Below, one piece after another: positions 47,496 through 56,943 of a stretch of 64,000 nt of DNA. Within the stretch, counting starts at the first letter, position 1, and every line of letters begins with the position of its first letter. The notes below the pieces were generated by a model. That model ran no database searches, was not told the DNA's origin, and saw only the letters and a list, made by a program, of their open reading frames with translations. A program made the position numbers and the translations under genes. The stretch lies in NCBI GenBank assembly GCA_043823085.1, contig JBDRBE010000004.1, forward strand, positions 197,510 to 261,509, written 5' to 3'. The stretch comes from Candidatus Levyibacteriota bacterium. GTDB taxonomy: Bacteria > Patescibacteriota > Microgenomatia > Levybacterales > UBA12049.

Positions 47496-48407
47496 TTATA
47501 GCCCGTAGGCCGAAAGACTAGAATTACCAATGCGGTTTCTGTGAAGGTCCATTATAAATGAATCGCATTGGATAAAACCGGAAATTGTTGAAAATGCTCC
47601 CAAAAATCCATCTTGTGTTAAAACATTAATTACATCACTGCTAAACGAACCGTAAGGATAAGTAAAAAGATTAATTGTCTGACCTGTGTGCTGTTCGAGC
47701 TGATTTTTCGCGGTTTCAATTTCATATTTTATTTTTTCAATTGTCGCCCTGCCAAGCGATGCATGCGACCATGTATGATCGGTAAAATACATATTGCCAG
47801 AATGCGCCATTTCTTCGATTTGGCTCCAAGAAAGATAATCCGCTCCGCCAATGAGACCCGTCGGTATCATAAAATTACCGACAATTCCGTATTTCTTTAA
47901 AATCGGGAACACATAATTATAGGCATCTTTATAACCATCATCAAATGATACAACAACATTCTTTCCCGAAAGCGGCGTATGTGTTCTTAATGCATTAACA
48001 AGCTGGTCTCCAGAAACCGTACCATAACCATGTGATACCAAATAAGCCATTTGAGAATCAAATACTTCGCTGTCAACTGTTAAAGCAGTTTGACCGTTTT
48101 CTTTTGCTTGCGATTCCGGCTGGACATGATGATACATAAGTATTGGAACATTTAGACAAAAACCAGTATATACCGGCGCTTTTGTCAGCATGGGTTCTTC
48201 TTTTGTTTCTATTATTGGCGTAGGGGATACCCAAACCTCGCAGCTATTTTCCGTACTTTTTTTCTCATTTTTTTGGTGAGAATAAACACTTGATATAAAT
48301 ATAAACAAACCGGCCAAAACAACGACCGCTGTAATCTTAATTAAAAAAAATTCGTACTTTTTGAAAAGTACGTTTATAAAATTGACTTTTTTTTTCCTTC
48401 TTTTCAT
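47496..48407 (-). CDS. Polysaccharide deacetylase (NodB homology), membrane-anchored
   Basis: VVSFDDGY, HTWSH and Y/H motifs. Confidence 0.75.
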   Translation of the reverse strand: MKRRKKKVNFINVLFKKYEFFLIKITAVVVLAGLFIFISSVYSHQKNEKKSTENSCEVWVSPTPIIETKEEPMLTKAPVYTGFCLNVPILMYHHVQPESQAKENGQTALTVDSEVFDSQMAYLVSHGYGTVSGDQLVNALRTHTPLSGKNVVVSFDDGYKDAYNYVFPILKKYGIVGNFMIPTGLIGGADYLSWSQIEEMAHSGNMYFTDHTWSHASLGRATIEKIKYEIETAKNQLEQHTGQTINLFTYPYGSFSSDVINVLTQDGFLGAFSTISGFIQCDSFIMDLHRNRIGNSSLSAYGL

Positions 48408-48892
48408 TTTCTAACCGAATCATTCACCTTTTTAAGAGATAATATAGACTCAAGAATTGCAATTGCCGCCTCAATTCCTTTGCTATTTTCTCCAAAAGCT
48501 CTCTTCTTGGCATCTTTGATATCACAAACTGCCAGCACTTCATTTATAACAGGGGTTTCAAATTCCAATGCGATATCCATCAATCCCCTGGCGCATTCAC
48601 TTGACACTAAATCAAAATGATATGTATCTCCTTTAACAATTACTCCAAAAGCTCCGATCGCATCGTATTTTTTAGTTTTTACCGCATGTTTGGCAATTAT
48701 TGGAAGTTCCCAAGAACCCGGAGCATAAAAAACATTAATGTTTTCTTTTTTAACCCCGGACTTCACTAAGTAATCAATACACGAATCTTCCATGCCTTTT
48801 ACAACTTCAGGGTAATAATTGCTAAGAACAAGCGCGATTTTTAATTTGCTGTGTTTTTGGTCAAAAATGTTTTTTTTATATGTCTTTCTCAT
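48404..48892 (-). CDS. ribH: 6,7-dimethyl-8-ribityllumazine synthase
   Basis: KIALVLSNYY...GAFGVIVKGDTYHFD signature. Confidence 0.85.
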   Translation of the reverse strand: MRKTYKKNIFDQKHSKLKIALVLSNYYPEVVKGMEDSCIDYLVKSGVKKENINVFYAPGSWELPIIAKHAVKTKKYDAIGAFGVIVKGDTYHFDLVSSECARGLMDIALEFETPVINEVLAVCDIKDAKKRAFGENSKGIEAAIAILESILSLKKVNDSVRK

Positions 48893-49464
48893 TTAACTAA
48901 TTTTTCAATATATTTTGCCAATATATCAACTTCAATATTGACATAATCGCCAACTCTTGCAGTATAAAGCATTGTTTTTTCCCATGTATATGGAATTATG
49001 CCGACTGTAAAAGAACCCACCTTAACATCAACTACAGTCAAAGAAATACCATTGACTGCAATTGTCCCTTTTTTGACAATATATTTTCCCAGATTTTTTG
49101 GAATTGAAAAGGTAAGAATTTTACTATTGCATTTTTGCTCAATTTTTTTGAGGATTGATACTGAATCAATATGTCCCTGCATAATTGAACCGGAAAGAAA
49201 AGTTTGCAAGGTTGCCGGAAGTTCCAAATTTACCAAATCTCCAACTTTTAAATATTGGATATTTGTTCTCTTTTTAGTTTCGGGCATGTAATCTACTGAA
49301 AAACTATCTTTTGAAAAATTTGTAACCGTTAAGCAAATACCGTCGACAGCAACGCTTGCTCCTTTTGAAAGTTTATTGATAAAACTTTTTTCCGTCTGAA
49401 TACGCAGTTTATTTTCCGATTTTTCAACAATTTTTCCTGCATTCGTCGCAATTCCCGTAAACAT
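48889..49464 (-). CDS. ribE: Riboflavin synthase alpha subunit
   Basis: MFTGI start and duplicated lumazine-binding GxSLTV repeats. Leaderless ATG 7 nt after -10 TATAAT, with -35 TTGCCT. Confidence 0.8.
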   Translation of the reverse strand: MFTGIATNAGKIVEKSENKLRIQTEKSFINKLSKGASVAVDGICLTVTNFSKDSFSVDYMPETKKRTNIQYLKVGDLVNLELPATLQTFLSGSIMQGHIDSVSILKKIEQKCNSKILTFSIPKNLGKYIVKKGTIAVNGISLTVVDVKVGSFTVGIIPYTWEKTMLYTARVGDYVNIEVDILAKYIEKLVK

Positions 49465-49528
49465 AGGGGCATTATAACTCAAAATAAGGACAGAGGCAAA
49501 AAAATTTCTTTTTTGATATACTCAACGT

Positions 49529-50350
49529 ATGGCGGAAGGTAATGAAAACAATCCACTGGGGTTTAGAAAAAGTTTAAAAGAACTAATACGAGAAGACACT
49601 TCTTTGGAACAAAAAATGGTAGATGAAGGTTCACCAATAAGAGATAATGTATGGCAGTTATACGAAGGGGATGTTTTGACTTACGACCATACTTTTTCAG
49701 AAATATTAAAGGAACTAAATCTAAAATCTCTTAAGGAATGGATGGAACTAAGAAAAAAATCAGGTCAAACAACACACATCTTGGACGTCATGGGAGGCAA
49801 CGGTACCTTTTTAAGGAATCTTAGCAAATATGGCATAAGAGGACACGATGTGAGTCCTTATTTTGATAAAAGTTTAGCCATAACACTTGTTGATGAAAGA
49901 TCGGGGGATGAGCGATTGAGAAAAGAAGACGAGAGAAGAGGCGTATTTTTTGTAGCAGGAGACATAACCTCTGGCAGTACATGGAAAAAAGTTTCGGAAT
50001 GGATGAAAGCAAATAATGTCCCATCTTTTGATCTTGTAATCTGCAGAGGAGTAGAAGGGATAGACAATATTCCAATCCCTTTATACAAGACTATCCTTGA
50101 TAGATTTTATCAAAGAACTTCTAGCCAAAACGGCCTAATCCTATCTCAGGTATCTGCTTGGGCAAATTCGCAATTAAAACAATGGGACGCGGAATTAAAT
50201 AAAATTCCCGGCATTAAAACAATTACTCAAAAAGAAAGAAAAACGTTGGGATATTCGTCTATGGGCGCTGGCTATCCTGCGATTGGAATAGTAAAATCCA
50301 ATGAAGCTCCTAAAATCCTACCAAGATTTATTTCTCCAGAAAAAATCTGA
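49529..50350 (+). CDS. Hypothetical protein, possibly a class I SAM-dependent methyltransferase
   Basis: ILDVMGGNGTF glycine-rich loop only. Confidence 0.3.
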   Translation: MAEGNENNPLGFRKSLKELIREDTSLEQKMVDEGSPIRDNVWQLYEGDVLTYDHTFSEILKELNLKSLKEWMELRKKSGQTTHILDVMGGNGTFLRNLSKYGIRGHDVSPYFDKSLAITLVDERSGDERLRKEDERRGVFFVAGDITSGSTWKKVSEWMKANNVPSFDLVICRGVEGIDNIPIPLYKTILDRFYQRTSSQNGLILSQVSAWANSQLKQWDAELNKIPGIKTITQKERKTLGYSSMGAGYPAIGIVKSNEAPKILPRFISPEKI

Positions 50351-50455
50351 TGTGGGTAATCTACCGCACGACATTAGAACTTATTTTAGCACACTTCAGC
50401 TGGAAGAATTAGAATTTTTCAAAACCTCGTTTGCTGTTCTGTATTGAAAAAGGTT

Positions 50456-50968
50456 TTATAGTAGAGGTTTGTTAAAATCTTCTTGACTTATTAACTCAAA
50501 TTCCTCATCTTTACCAGGAGGACGAAAAAATTTCCAGTAGTGATTAAATGCTTCTTCATCAATTGTGAAAGAATCTGAAGGAGGATTTCCTGTTCTTTTT
50601 AAAGTTCTTTTTTTCATAACCTCAAAAGGTGCTTCAATATAATATAATTTTGGAATAGCGCCTGCATTTCTTACTTTTTCACTTATCGCATTCCGATGCT
50701 CTTTTACCCAAAATCCTTCATCAATAATGACACTTATTTCTGCTTTTAAGCATTTAAGCGCCATGTCTGTTGCCAGCGATGTCATTCTATTATCATATTC
50801 TTCAAACTTGTCTTTAGGAGGAGTATTTCCAAAAACTCTCACCATCCATTCATCTTTCGTGAATCTAATTGCTCCTGTCTCTTTTTCTAATTTTCTGGCA
50901 AATGTTGTTTTCCCAGAACCGATAAATCCAATGATTATATGTGCTATTGGTTTACTATTTTTCTCCAT
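50456..50968 (-). CDS. P-loop NTPase / AAA_33-like predicted kinase
   Basis: IIGFIGSGKTTFARKL Walker A and VIIDEGFW Walker B-like motifs. Confidence 0.55.
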   Translation of the reverse strand: MEKNSKPIAHIIIGFIGSGKTTFARKLEKETGAIRFTKDEWMVRVFGNTPPKDKFEEYDNRMTSLATDMALKCLKAEISVIIDEGFWVKEHRNAISEKVRNAGAIPKLYYIEAPFEVMKKRTLKRTGNPPSDSFTIDEEAFNHYWKFFRPPGKDEEFELISQEDFNKPLL

Positions 50969-51089
50969 AAAAATAATTATAGCATGATAGAGAGTCTTGG
51001 TAAGTTCAATCGTTCAGTCAGGGACGACAAAAATCAAGGCTAAATTTCTTGGGGTGGCTGACGGGATTCGAACCCGCGACGGCTAGCTC

Positions 51090-51165
51090 CACAAGCTAGT
51101 GCTCTACCACTGAGCTACAACCACCATGCATTAATTTAATTGTGTCGGGGACAGAGGACTCGAAC
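51090..51165 (-). tRNA. tRNA-His (anticodon GTG) with encoded G(-1) and 3' CCA
   Basis: Reverse complement GGTGGTTG...anticodon loop TTGTGGA...CAGCCACCCCA. The extra 5' G pairs with discriminator C73. Confidence 0.85.
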
Positions 51166-51184
51166 CTCCGACCTCACGGTCCCA

Positions 51185-51258
51185 AACCGCGCGCTCTAGC
51201 CAACTGAGCTAGTCCCCGTGTGTAAAGTCAAACTTGACTACCGAGTTCGACTCGGTGC
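51185..51258 (-). tRNA. tRNA-Pro (anticodon TGG)
   Basis: Acceptor CGGGGAC/GTCCCCG, anticodon loop TTTGGGA. Confidence 0.85.
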
Positions 51259-51295
51259 CGCGGGAGAGAGTCGAACTCTCACGCCATTACTGACA

Positions 51296-51378
51296 AAGGC
51301 TCTTAAGGCCTTCGTGTCTACCATTCCACCACCGCGGCATATTTGTATTTTATCTTAAATAAGCTTTGACTTCAATAC
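51296..51378 (-). tRNA. tRNA-Leu (anticodon TAA), class II with a long variable arm
   Basis: Acceptor GCCGCGG/CCGCGGC, anticodon stem AAGGC/GCCTT with loop CTTAAGA, 15-nt variable arm. Confidence 0.8.
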
Positions 51379-51421
51379 AATTGCAATTAGATAGCTGAAT
51401 TGATAAAATTAGATTGCTACT

Positions 51422-51493
51422 TGCGGGTGTAGTTCAGCGGTAGAACATCTGCTTTCCAAGCAGAATGTCGTCGGTTCGATCCCGATCACCCGC
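51422..51493 (+). tRNA. tRNA-Gly (anticodon TCC)
   Basis: Acceptor GCGGGTG/CACCCGC, anticodon loop TTTCCAA. Confidence 0.85.
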
Positions 51494-51501
51494 TCACAAG
51501 T

Positions 51502-51574
51502 TGCGCCTGTAGCTCAACGGACAGAGCAATTCCCTTCTAAGGAATAGGTTGTGGGTTCGATTCCCGCCAGGCGC
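51502..51574 (+). tRNA. tRNA-Arg (anticodon TCT)
   Basis: Acceptor GCGCCTG/CAGGCGC, anticodon loop CTTCTAA. Confidence 0.85.
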
Positions 51575-51581
51575 GCAAAAA

Positions 51582-52553
51582 TTATAAGTGCGGTGGCGGA
51601 GTGATACCCTGAATCCTCAAAGAATAATCCAGTAACTCTTTCATTTCCGTTCTTCTGTTATTGCTTCCCAAAATTACTCCAATAATTTTATGTCCTTGAT
51701 AATCCAAATATGTTATTAAACAAAGCTCGGCTTCGGGCGTATAACCTGTTTTAACACCTTTCACACCGGGATAACTTGAAATCAAATTTGTTTCATTCTC
51801 CAAGAAGAAATATTTGTGACCCGAAGTTGAAAGAATTTCCTGTTGAAAGGTGGCCGCGACTTTATTAAATAATGGAAAATTATTTAAGGCGTAATTTGTG
51901 ATTATAAAAAGATCATAGGCGGTTGAATATTGATTACCATCTCCTTGCAAACCGGAAGGATTTGTAAAATGCGTATCTTTTAGTCCTAACGATTTTGCTT
52001 TCTTGTTCATGGCGTTAATAAAGTCTTGCCTGCCGCCCGAAAAATTATCTGCCAAAACCTCTGCCGCGTCGTTTCCAGAGGAAAGAATTAAACCATATAA
52101 AAGTTCTTCCAAAGATATAATTTCACCCTCTGTCAATCCCATACTGTCCTCGCCAACCAAATCTCTTTTTAAAACCAAATATCTATCGTCTTTTTTGGGA
52201 TTTTCCAATGAAATTATAGAAGTCATTACTTTTGTTAGAGAGGCTATGGGGAGCCTTTCTTTGGCGTTCTTTTCGTAAAGAGTTTTTTGTGAAGTTAAAT
52301 CATAAACAAAAACTGATTTTGCCAAAATTTCCGGCTTTTGAGTTGAAGAATTTTGACTAAAATTTATTTGCGGTAAAAAAAGATTGAGAGTTGAAACCTG
52401 ATTGTTTTTGGTAATTGTTAAAAAATCCGGCAGGGGAGAAACAAGGCTTATTTTATTCTTTAATAAAACCGGGCCAAAAACCCAAAGAATTATAGCGCCA
52501 ATTAAAACCGCAAGAATTATTGTTAAATGAAAAGAAACAAAAAAATGCTTCAT
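51582..52553 (-). CDS. dacA: D-alanyl-D-alanine carboxypeptidase (serine peptidase S11, PBP5/6-like)
   Basis: ASLTK (SxxK), LSSGND (SGN) and VKTGYT (KTG) motifs. Start at MKHFF (52553); the track's longer start overlaps the pilin gene. Confidence 0.8.
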   Translation of the reverse strand: MKHFFVSFHLTIILAVLIGAIILWVFGPVLLKNKISLVSPLPDFLTITKNNQVSTLNLFLPQINFSQNSSTQKPEILAKSVFVYDLTSQKTLYEKNAKERLPIASLTKVMTSIISLENPKKDDRYLVLKRDLVGEDSMGLTEGEIISLEELLYGLILSSGNDAAEVLADNFSGGRQDFINAMNKKAKSLGLKDTHFTNPSGLQGDGNQYSTAYDLFIITNYALNNFPLFNKVAATFQQEILSTSGHKYFFLENETNLISSYPGVKGVKTGYTPEAELCLITYLDYQGHKIIGVILGSNNRRTEMKELLDYSLRIQGITPPPHL

Positions 52554-52614
52554 TTTGTCGTCATAACCAAAAAGTTGACAATTACCTTTAACTATATCAT
52601 GATAAATATGTTCT

Positions 52615-53142
52615 ATGAATAAGAAAAACTTTGGTTTTACTCTAATAGAGTTAATAGTTGTCATTGCAATTTTGGGAATCCTGGCTACAGGAACTATGGC
52701 AATTATTAATCCTTTTGGTCAAATTCAAAAATCAAGAGATGCGATACGAAAAAGCGCTCTTAGGCAAATTGCAAATGAACTGGATGCATATTTTATTACT
52801 TATGGAAGCTATCCTTCAACAGGTAATGCTGTATGGGCCGAAGGGAAATGCACTAATTTTCCAGAAACTACTATTAAACCAAACTATTCCGGGCCAAACG
52901 CATATATTCCCAACTTAGCTCCTCTGCAAATTAAAAATCTTCCCGGTGATCCAAACGTAAATGGAATAGGAAAACGTTGTTATATTTATCAAAGCGACGG
53001 TACATATTATATCCTTTCAGCTCACGTGGGAGCTGAAGCGTCCTTTCAGCCTAACGACCCACTGATCCGCTTGCTAGCTCCAGCCTGCACCACTCAGCAA
53101 GCAACTTTTACTATTCTTTCTCGTGGAGGAACGTGTTGGTAA
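52615..53142 (+). CDS. Type IV pilin / pseudopilin with a prepilin N-terminal methylation motif
   Basis: GFTLIELIVVIAILGILA class III signal peptide. Confidence 0.75.
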   Translation: MNKKNFGFTLIELIVVIAILGILATGTMAIINPFGQIQKSRDAIRKSALRQIANELDAYFITYGSYPSTGNAVWAEGKCTNFPETTIKPNYSGPNAYIPNLAPLQIKNLPGDPNVNGIGKRCYIYQSDGTYYILSAHVGAEASFQPNDPLIRLLAPACTTQQATFTILSRGGTCW

Positions 53143-53168
53143 TCCGTATCTAATTAAAGAAAATCTGC

Positions 53169-53199
53169 CTTCCCACTTCCGATGTGGGAACGCGTTTTT
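53169..53199 (+). terminator. Rho-independent terminator: CTTCCCAC-TTCCGAT-GTGGGAAG-like stem followed by CGCGTTTTT
   Basis: 7-8 bp stem, 7-nt loop and T5 run immediately after the pilin stop. Confidence 0.75.
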
Positions 53200-53375
53200 G
53201 AATTAAAGTATTCTGCTTTGATTTCTGCTATAATACACATAACCGCGCAAGCCGCGGTATTATCGTATACTATAATTAATACAAATAGCATACGACCCTC
53301 CAAAAATCGCACCGTGAGCCGTGTATGAATAATACCCAAAGGTGAACGGCAAGATTAGGAGGGTTTTTGGAATAT

Positions 53376-55190
53376 ATGACTATTAACATTCGTAACGTTG
53401 CAATTATCGCCCACGTTGACCATGGTAAGACAACTTTGGTTGACGCTCTTTTAAAACAATCAAAAACAAAACTGCACAAAGATAGCAGCATTACGCTAAT
53501 CATGGACACCAATGAACTCGAGCAGGAAAGAGGCATTACTATTTTTTCCAAAAATGCATCTGTAGATTGGGAAGGAACCAAAATAAATATCATTGACACT
53601 CCCGGACACGCTGATTTTGGCGGAGAAGTGGAGCGAGTTTTAAAAATGGCAGACGGATGTTTATTGCTTATTGATGCCAAAGAAGGACCAATGCCCCAAA
53701 CCAGATTTGTTTTGAAAAAAGCGCTGGAAATGAAACACAAAATTATTGTCGTGATTAATAAAATCGATAAAAAAGACGCCAGAATAAATTATGTTTTGGA
53801 TAAAACTCTTGATTTATTTTTGGAACTTGGCGCAAGTGATGAAATTTCCGATTTTCCAATAATTTACACAAGCGCCAAACACGGAAAAGCAGGCATGACA
53901 GAAGATTTAGATTCGATGAAAAATATTACGCCTGTTTTTGAAACTATTTTAAAAGAAATTCCCGCGCCAAGCGGAAATGCAAATAAGCCGCTGCAAATGC
54001 TCGTTACATCAATTGCAAACGATCCTCATAAGGGAAGAGTTGCTACCGGAAGAATTTACAACGGGACTATTAAATCCGGACAAGAAGTCATGCATATCAA
54101 TAGAAACGGGGAACAGAATAAATTTCGGCTTACATCTTTAATGACATTTATCGGCATTGATAAAGTTGAGATCCAAAAAGTTCAAGCAGGAGATATTTTG
54201 GCAATCACCGGCATTCCCGATATCACTATTGGCGAAACCGTAGCTGATATTTTAGAACCAACTGTTCTTCCGCTTTTGGATATTGAACAGCCGACAATTC
54301 AAATTGCATTTATGATTAACAACTCTCCATTTGCCGGAAAAGAAGGAACATATAAAACATCAAGAGAAATCCGAGCAAGATTATACAAAGAATTAGAAAC
54401 CGATATGGCGCTTAAAATTATCGATGACGCGCACGGAAACTGGACAGTATCGGGAAGAGGTGAGCTTCATTTAGCGATTTTAATTGAAAGATTAAGACGG
54501 GAAGGCTATGAATTTCAAGTCGGCCGCCCAAAAGTTATTGAAAAAATTATTAATGGCCAAAATTTAACTCCTTATGAACAAGTTTTTATAGAAGTACCTG
54601 AAAATTCAAGCAGTGTTGTAATGCAAAAAATGGGAGAAAGAAGAGCAGAACTCAAAGACATGAATGTTGAAAATGGAATCGCATTTATGGAATTTGTAAT
54701 TGCAACTAAATCTTTTTTTGGCTATCGAAGCGAATTTACCGAGGACACGCGCGGTCTTGGCGTTATTAACAGCATATTTTTAAAATATGATAGTGATAGC
54801 GGTTTTAACAATCAAAAAAGTCAGGGGTCGCTTGTTGCTTGCGAAAGCGGAACAACAACTCTTTACGGTTTAACAAATACTCAAAACAGAGGAAAACTTT
54901 TTATTGGACCGGCGGTTGCCGTTTACAAAGGACAAGTTATCGGTCAAAATGCCAGAAGCGAAGATATACGCATCAACGCCTGCAAAGAAAAGCAATTGTC
55001 GAATATGCGCTCTAAAGGCGAGGGAGGCATGGAACATTTTAACACTCCAAAAATTATGGATCTTGAAGACGCTCTGGAATATATTGCCGATGACGAACTT
55101 GTCGAAGTTACCCCAAAAAGCATCAGAATCAGAAAAATAATTCTCGACGAACTGGAAGAGCGCCGCAAACGATCCCAAGGTCTTTTATAA
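53376..55190 (+). CDS. typA: Translational GTPase TypA/BipA
   Basis: NVAIIAHVDHGKTTLVD and DTPGHADF G-domain motifs plus an EF-G-like domain series. AGGAGGG Shine-Dalgarno sequence 12 nt upstream. Confidence 0.9.
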   Translation: MTINIRNVAIIAHVDHGKTTLVDALLKQSKTKLHKDSSITLIMDTNELEQERGITIFSKNASVDWEGTKINIIDTPGHADFGGEVERVLKMADGCLLLIDAKEGPMPQTRFVLKKALEMKHKIIVVINKIDKKDARINYVLDKTLDLFLELGASDEISDFPIIYTSAKHGKAGMTEDLDSMKNITPVFETILKEIPAPSGNANKPLQMLVTSIANDPHKGRVATGRIYNGTIKSGQEVMHINRNGEQNKFRLTSLMTFIGIDKVEIQKVQAGDILAITGIPDITIGETVADILEPTVLPLLDIEQPTIQIAFMINNSPFAGKEGTYKTSREIRARLYKELETDMALKIIDDAHGNWTVSGRGELHLAILIERLRREGYEFQVGRPKVIEKIINGQNLTPYEQVFIEVPENSSSVVMQKMGERRAELKDMNVENGIAFMEFVIATKSFFGYRSEFTEDTRGLGVINSIFLKYDSDSGFNNQKSQGSLVACESGTTTLYGLTNTQNRGKLFIGPAVAVYKGQVIGQNARSEDIRINACKEKQLSNMRSKGEGGMEHFNTPKIMDLEDALEYIADDELVEVTPKSIRIRKIILDELEERRKRSQGLL

Positions 55191-55261
55191 ATCCAGCACC
55201 TTTTTCGCATCATATTATCTCATGCAACAAACTGCTGGGTTTTAGAAAGGTACTGGATAAA

Positions 55262-55699
55262 CTACTGTTTTGGCGCGGCTCCTTGACCACCAAACGCTCC
55301 TCTTATCGCAGAACCAATTTGTACATTTTGCGCAGTTACCGAACCGTCGGAATTTTGTGTGCCAAGAACCGTAACTTTTTCTCCAACTTTAAGATCGCTT
55401 TTTGCCGCTTCTGATGTTTTTAAGTATGCACAACCACTTGCCAAAATGACAATTTTACTTGAGTCATCGGCAAGCTTGACAGTCATACTTTTATCATCAA
55501 TGCTTAAAATTTCACCATTGATCGGTCGAAAGTTTTGCGATGCTGATCCCGCTCCCTGTCTAAAACCTCCATTCTGTCCTTGCCCAAAACCACCTCCTAG
55601 AAAAGACGTATTTCTGCTTTTTTGATACTGCATTCCTCCAAAAAAAGAACCTGCGGCAATAACTATCGCAACAACAATTATCAAAATTTTAGAATTCAT
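55262..55699 (-). CDS. Gly-rich secreted or membrane-anchored hypothetical protein
   Basis: N-terminal transmembrane/signal segment and a GGGFGQGQNGGFRQGAG tract; last gene of the efflux operon. Confidence 0.4.
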   Translation of the reverse strand: MNSKILIIVVAIVIAAGSFFGGMQYQKSRNTSFLGGGFGQGQNGGFRQGAGSASQNFRPINGEILSIDDKSMTVKLADDSSKIVILASGCAYLKTSEAAKSDLKVGEKVTVLGTQNSDGSVTAQNVQIGSAIRGAFGGQGAAPKQ

Positions 55700-55725
55700 T
55701 TTTTCTCACCCCCTCCAATAAGAAA

Positions 55726-56943
55726 TTATTCATATCTTAGTGCCTCAATTGGGCTTAAATCCGAAGCTTTTTTAGCCGGATACCAGCCAAAAAGAATACC
55801 AATTCCTCCTGATATTCCAACGGCTAAAAAAACAGAAAAGATAGATACAGTAAACGGCAAACTTAGGAAAGCAGAAATTACCAATGATAAAATAATTCCC
55901 AAAACCATTCCCAGCACCCCTCCCACAACTGTTAAAATAATTGATTCAATCAGAAACTGAATGACAACAGTACTATCTTTTGCTCCCAGAGCTTTTCGAA
56001 GACCAATTTCGCGCGTTCTTTCAATAACCGTAACTAACATAATATTCATAATTCCAATTCCTCCTACCAAAAGCGATATTGCGGCAATACCGGAAAGCAA
56101 AGCGGTAAAGGTTCCAGTAACTTGAGACGCTGCTCCCAAAATATCCGCTTGAGAAAAAATACTAAAGTCGGCCTGTGTTGCATCAGTGAGTTTGTGTCTT
56201 GCCAAAAGCAAATATCCAGCATCATTTTGTGCTTGCGTCATTACATCAGGACTTGATGCCGATAAAGAAACACTTGTTACATAATCAATGCCAAAAATAG
56301 TTTTTTGCGCCGTTGTTATCGGAACAAAAACTATATCATCCTGATTTGCAAATCCGCTTCCTCCTTTGGATACCGTAACTCCAATAATTGTAAAAGGAAT
56401 TTTATTGATGCGAAGCGTCTGGCCTGTCGCGTCACCACCATTAAAAAGATCAGTAACTATCGTAGGACCAACCACCGCAACGTTTCTCATCCCACTAACA
56501 TCTTGCGTTGTTATAAATGAACCAGACTGCATTGTAACATTGTGAACACTTACGTAATTAGCTGTCGCACCAATAATTTGCGTATTTGAATTGTTTCTTC
56601 CTGCAGTTATTTGCGCTCTCCTGGTTATTTCGGGTGAAACTTTACTAATTGATGCAAAATGCGCAGAATCAATAGCATTGGCGTCTTCAAGTGTAAGGGT
56701 TGTATTACTTCCTGCCGCGCCTTGGACAGTACCTGTTCTTTGTGCGCCAGGAGATATAGTAAGCAGATTTGCGCCAAGACCCTCTATTTGCGACGCAACC
56801 ATTTGCTGACTTGCCTGTCCCAATGACACAAGAGTGATAACCGATCCGATACCAATAATTATTCCAAGCATTGCAAGGGCGGTACGGGTTTTATTTAAAA
56901 GCAGGGCTTCAAATGCCGATCTTAAAAACTCTCTTAATTCCAT
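55726..56943 (-). CDS. ABC transporter permease, MacB/FtsX-like (YknZ-like)
   Basis: MacB periplasmic domain and C-terminal FtsX 4-TM module. Confidence 0.8.
   Translation of the reverse strand: MELREFLRSAFEALLLNKTRTALAMLGIIIGIGSVITLVSLGQASQQMVASQIEGLGANLLTISPGAQRTGTVQGAAGSNTTLTLEDANAIDSAHFASISKVSPEITRRAQITAGRNNSNTQIIGATANYVSVHNVTMQSGSFITTQDVSGMRNVAVVGPTIVTDLFNGGDATGQTLRINKIPFTIIGVTVSKGGSGFANQDDIVFVPITTAQKTIFGIDYVTSVSLSASSPDVMTQAQNDAGYLLLARHKLTDATQADFSIFSQADILGAASQVTGTFTALLSGIAAISLLVGGIGIMNIMLVTVIERTREIGLRKALGAKDSTVVIQFLIESIILTVVGGVLGMVLGIILSLVISAFLSLPFTVSIFSVFLAVGISGGIGILFGWYPAKKASDLSPIEALRYE

Noticed and set aside
52554-52664. Longer N-terminal extension of dacA (track start 52664) overlapping the pilin gene
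   Set aside because: The extension is not homologous to D,D-carboxypeptidases, and the conserved signal peptide starts at MKHFF (52553). The pilin gene occupies the region on the other strand.
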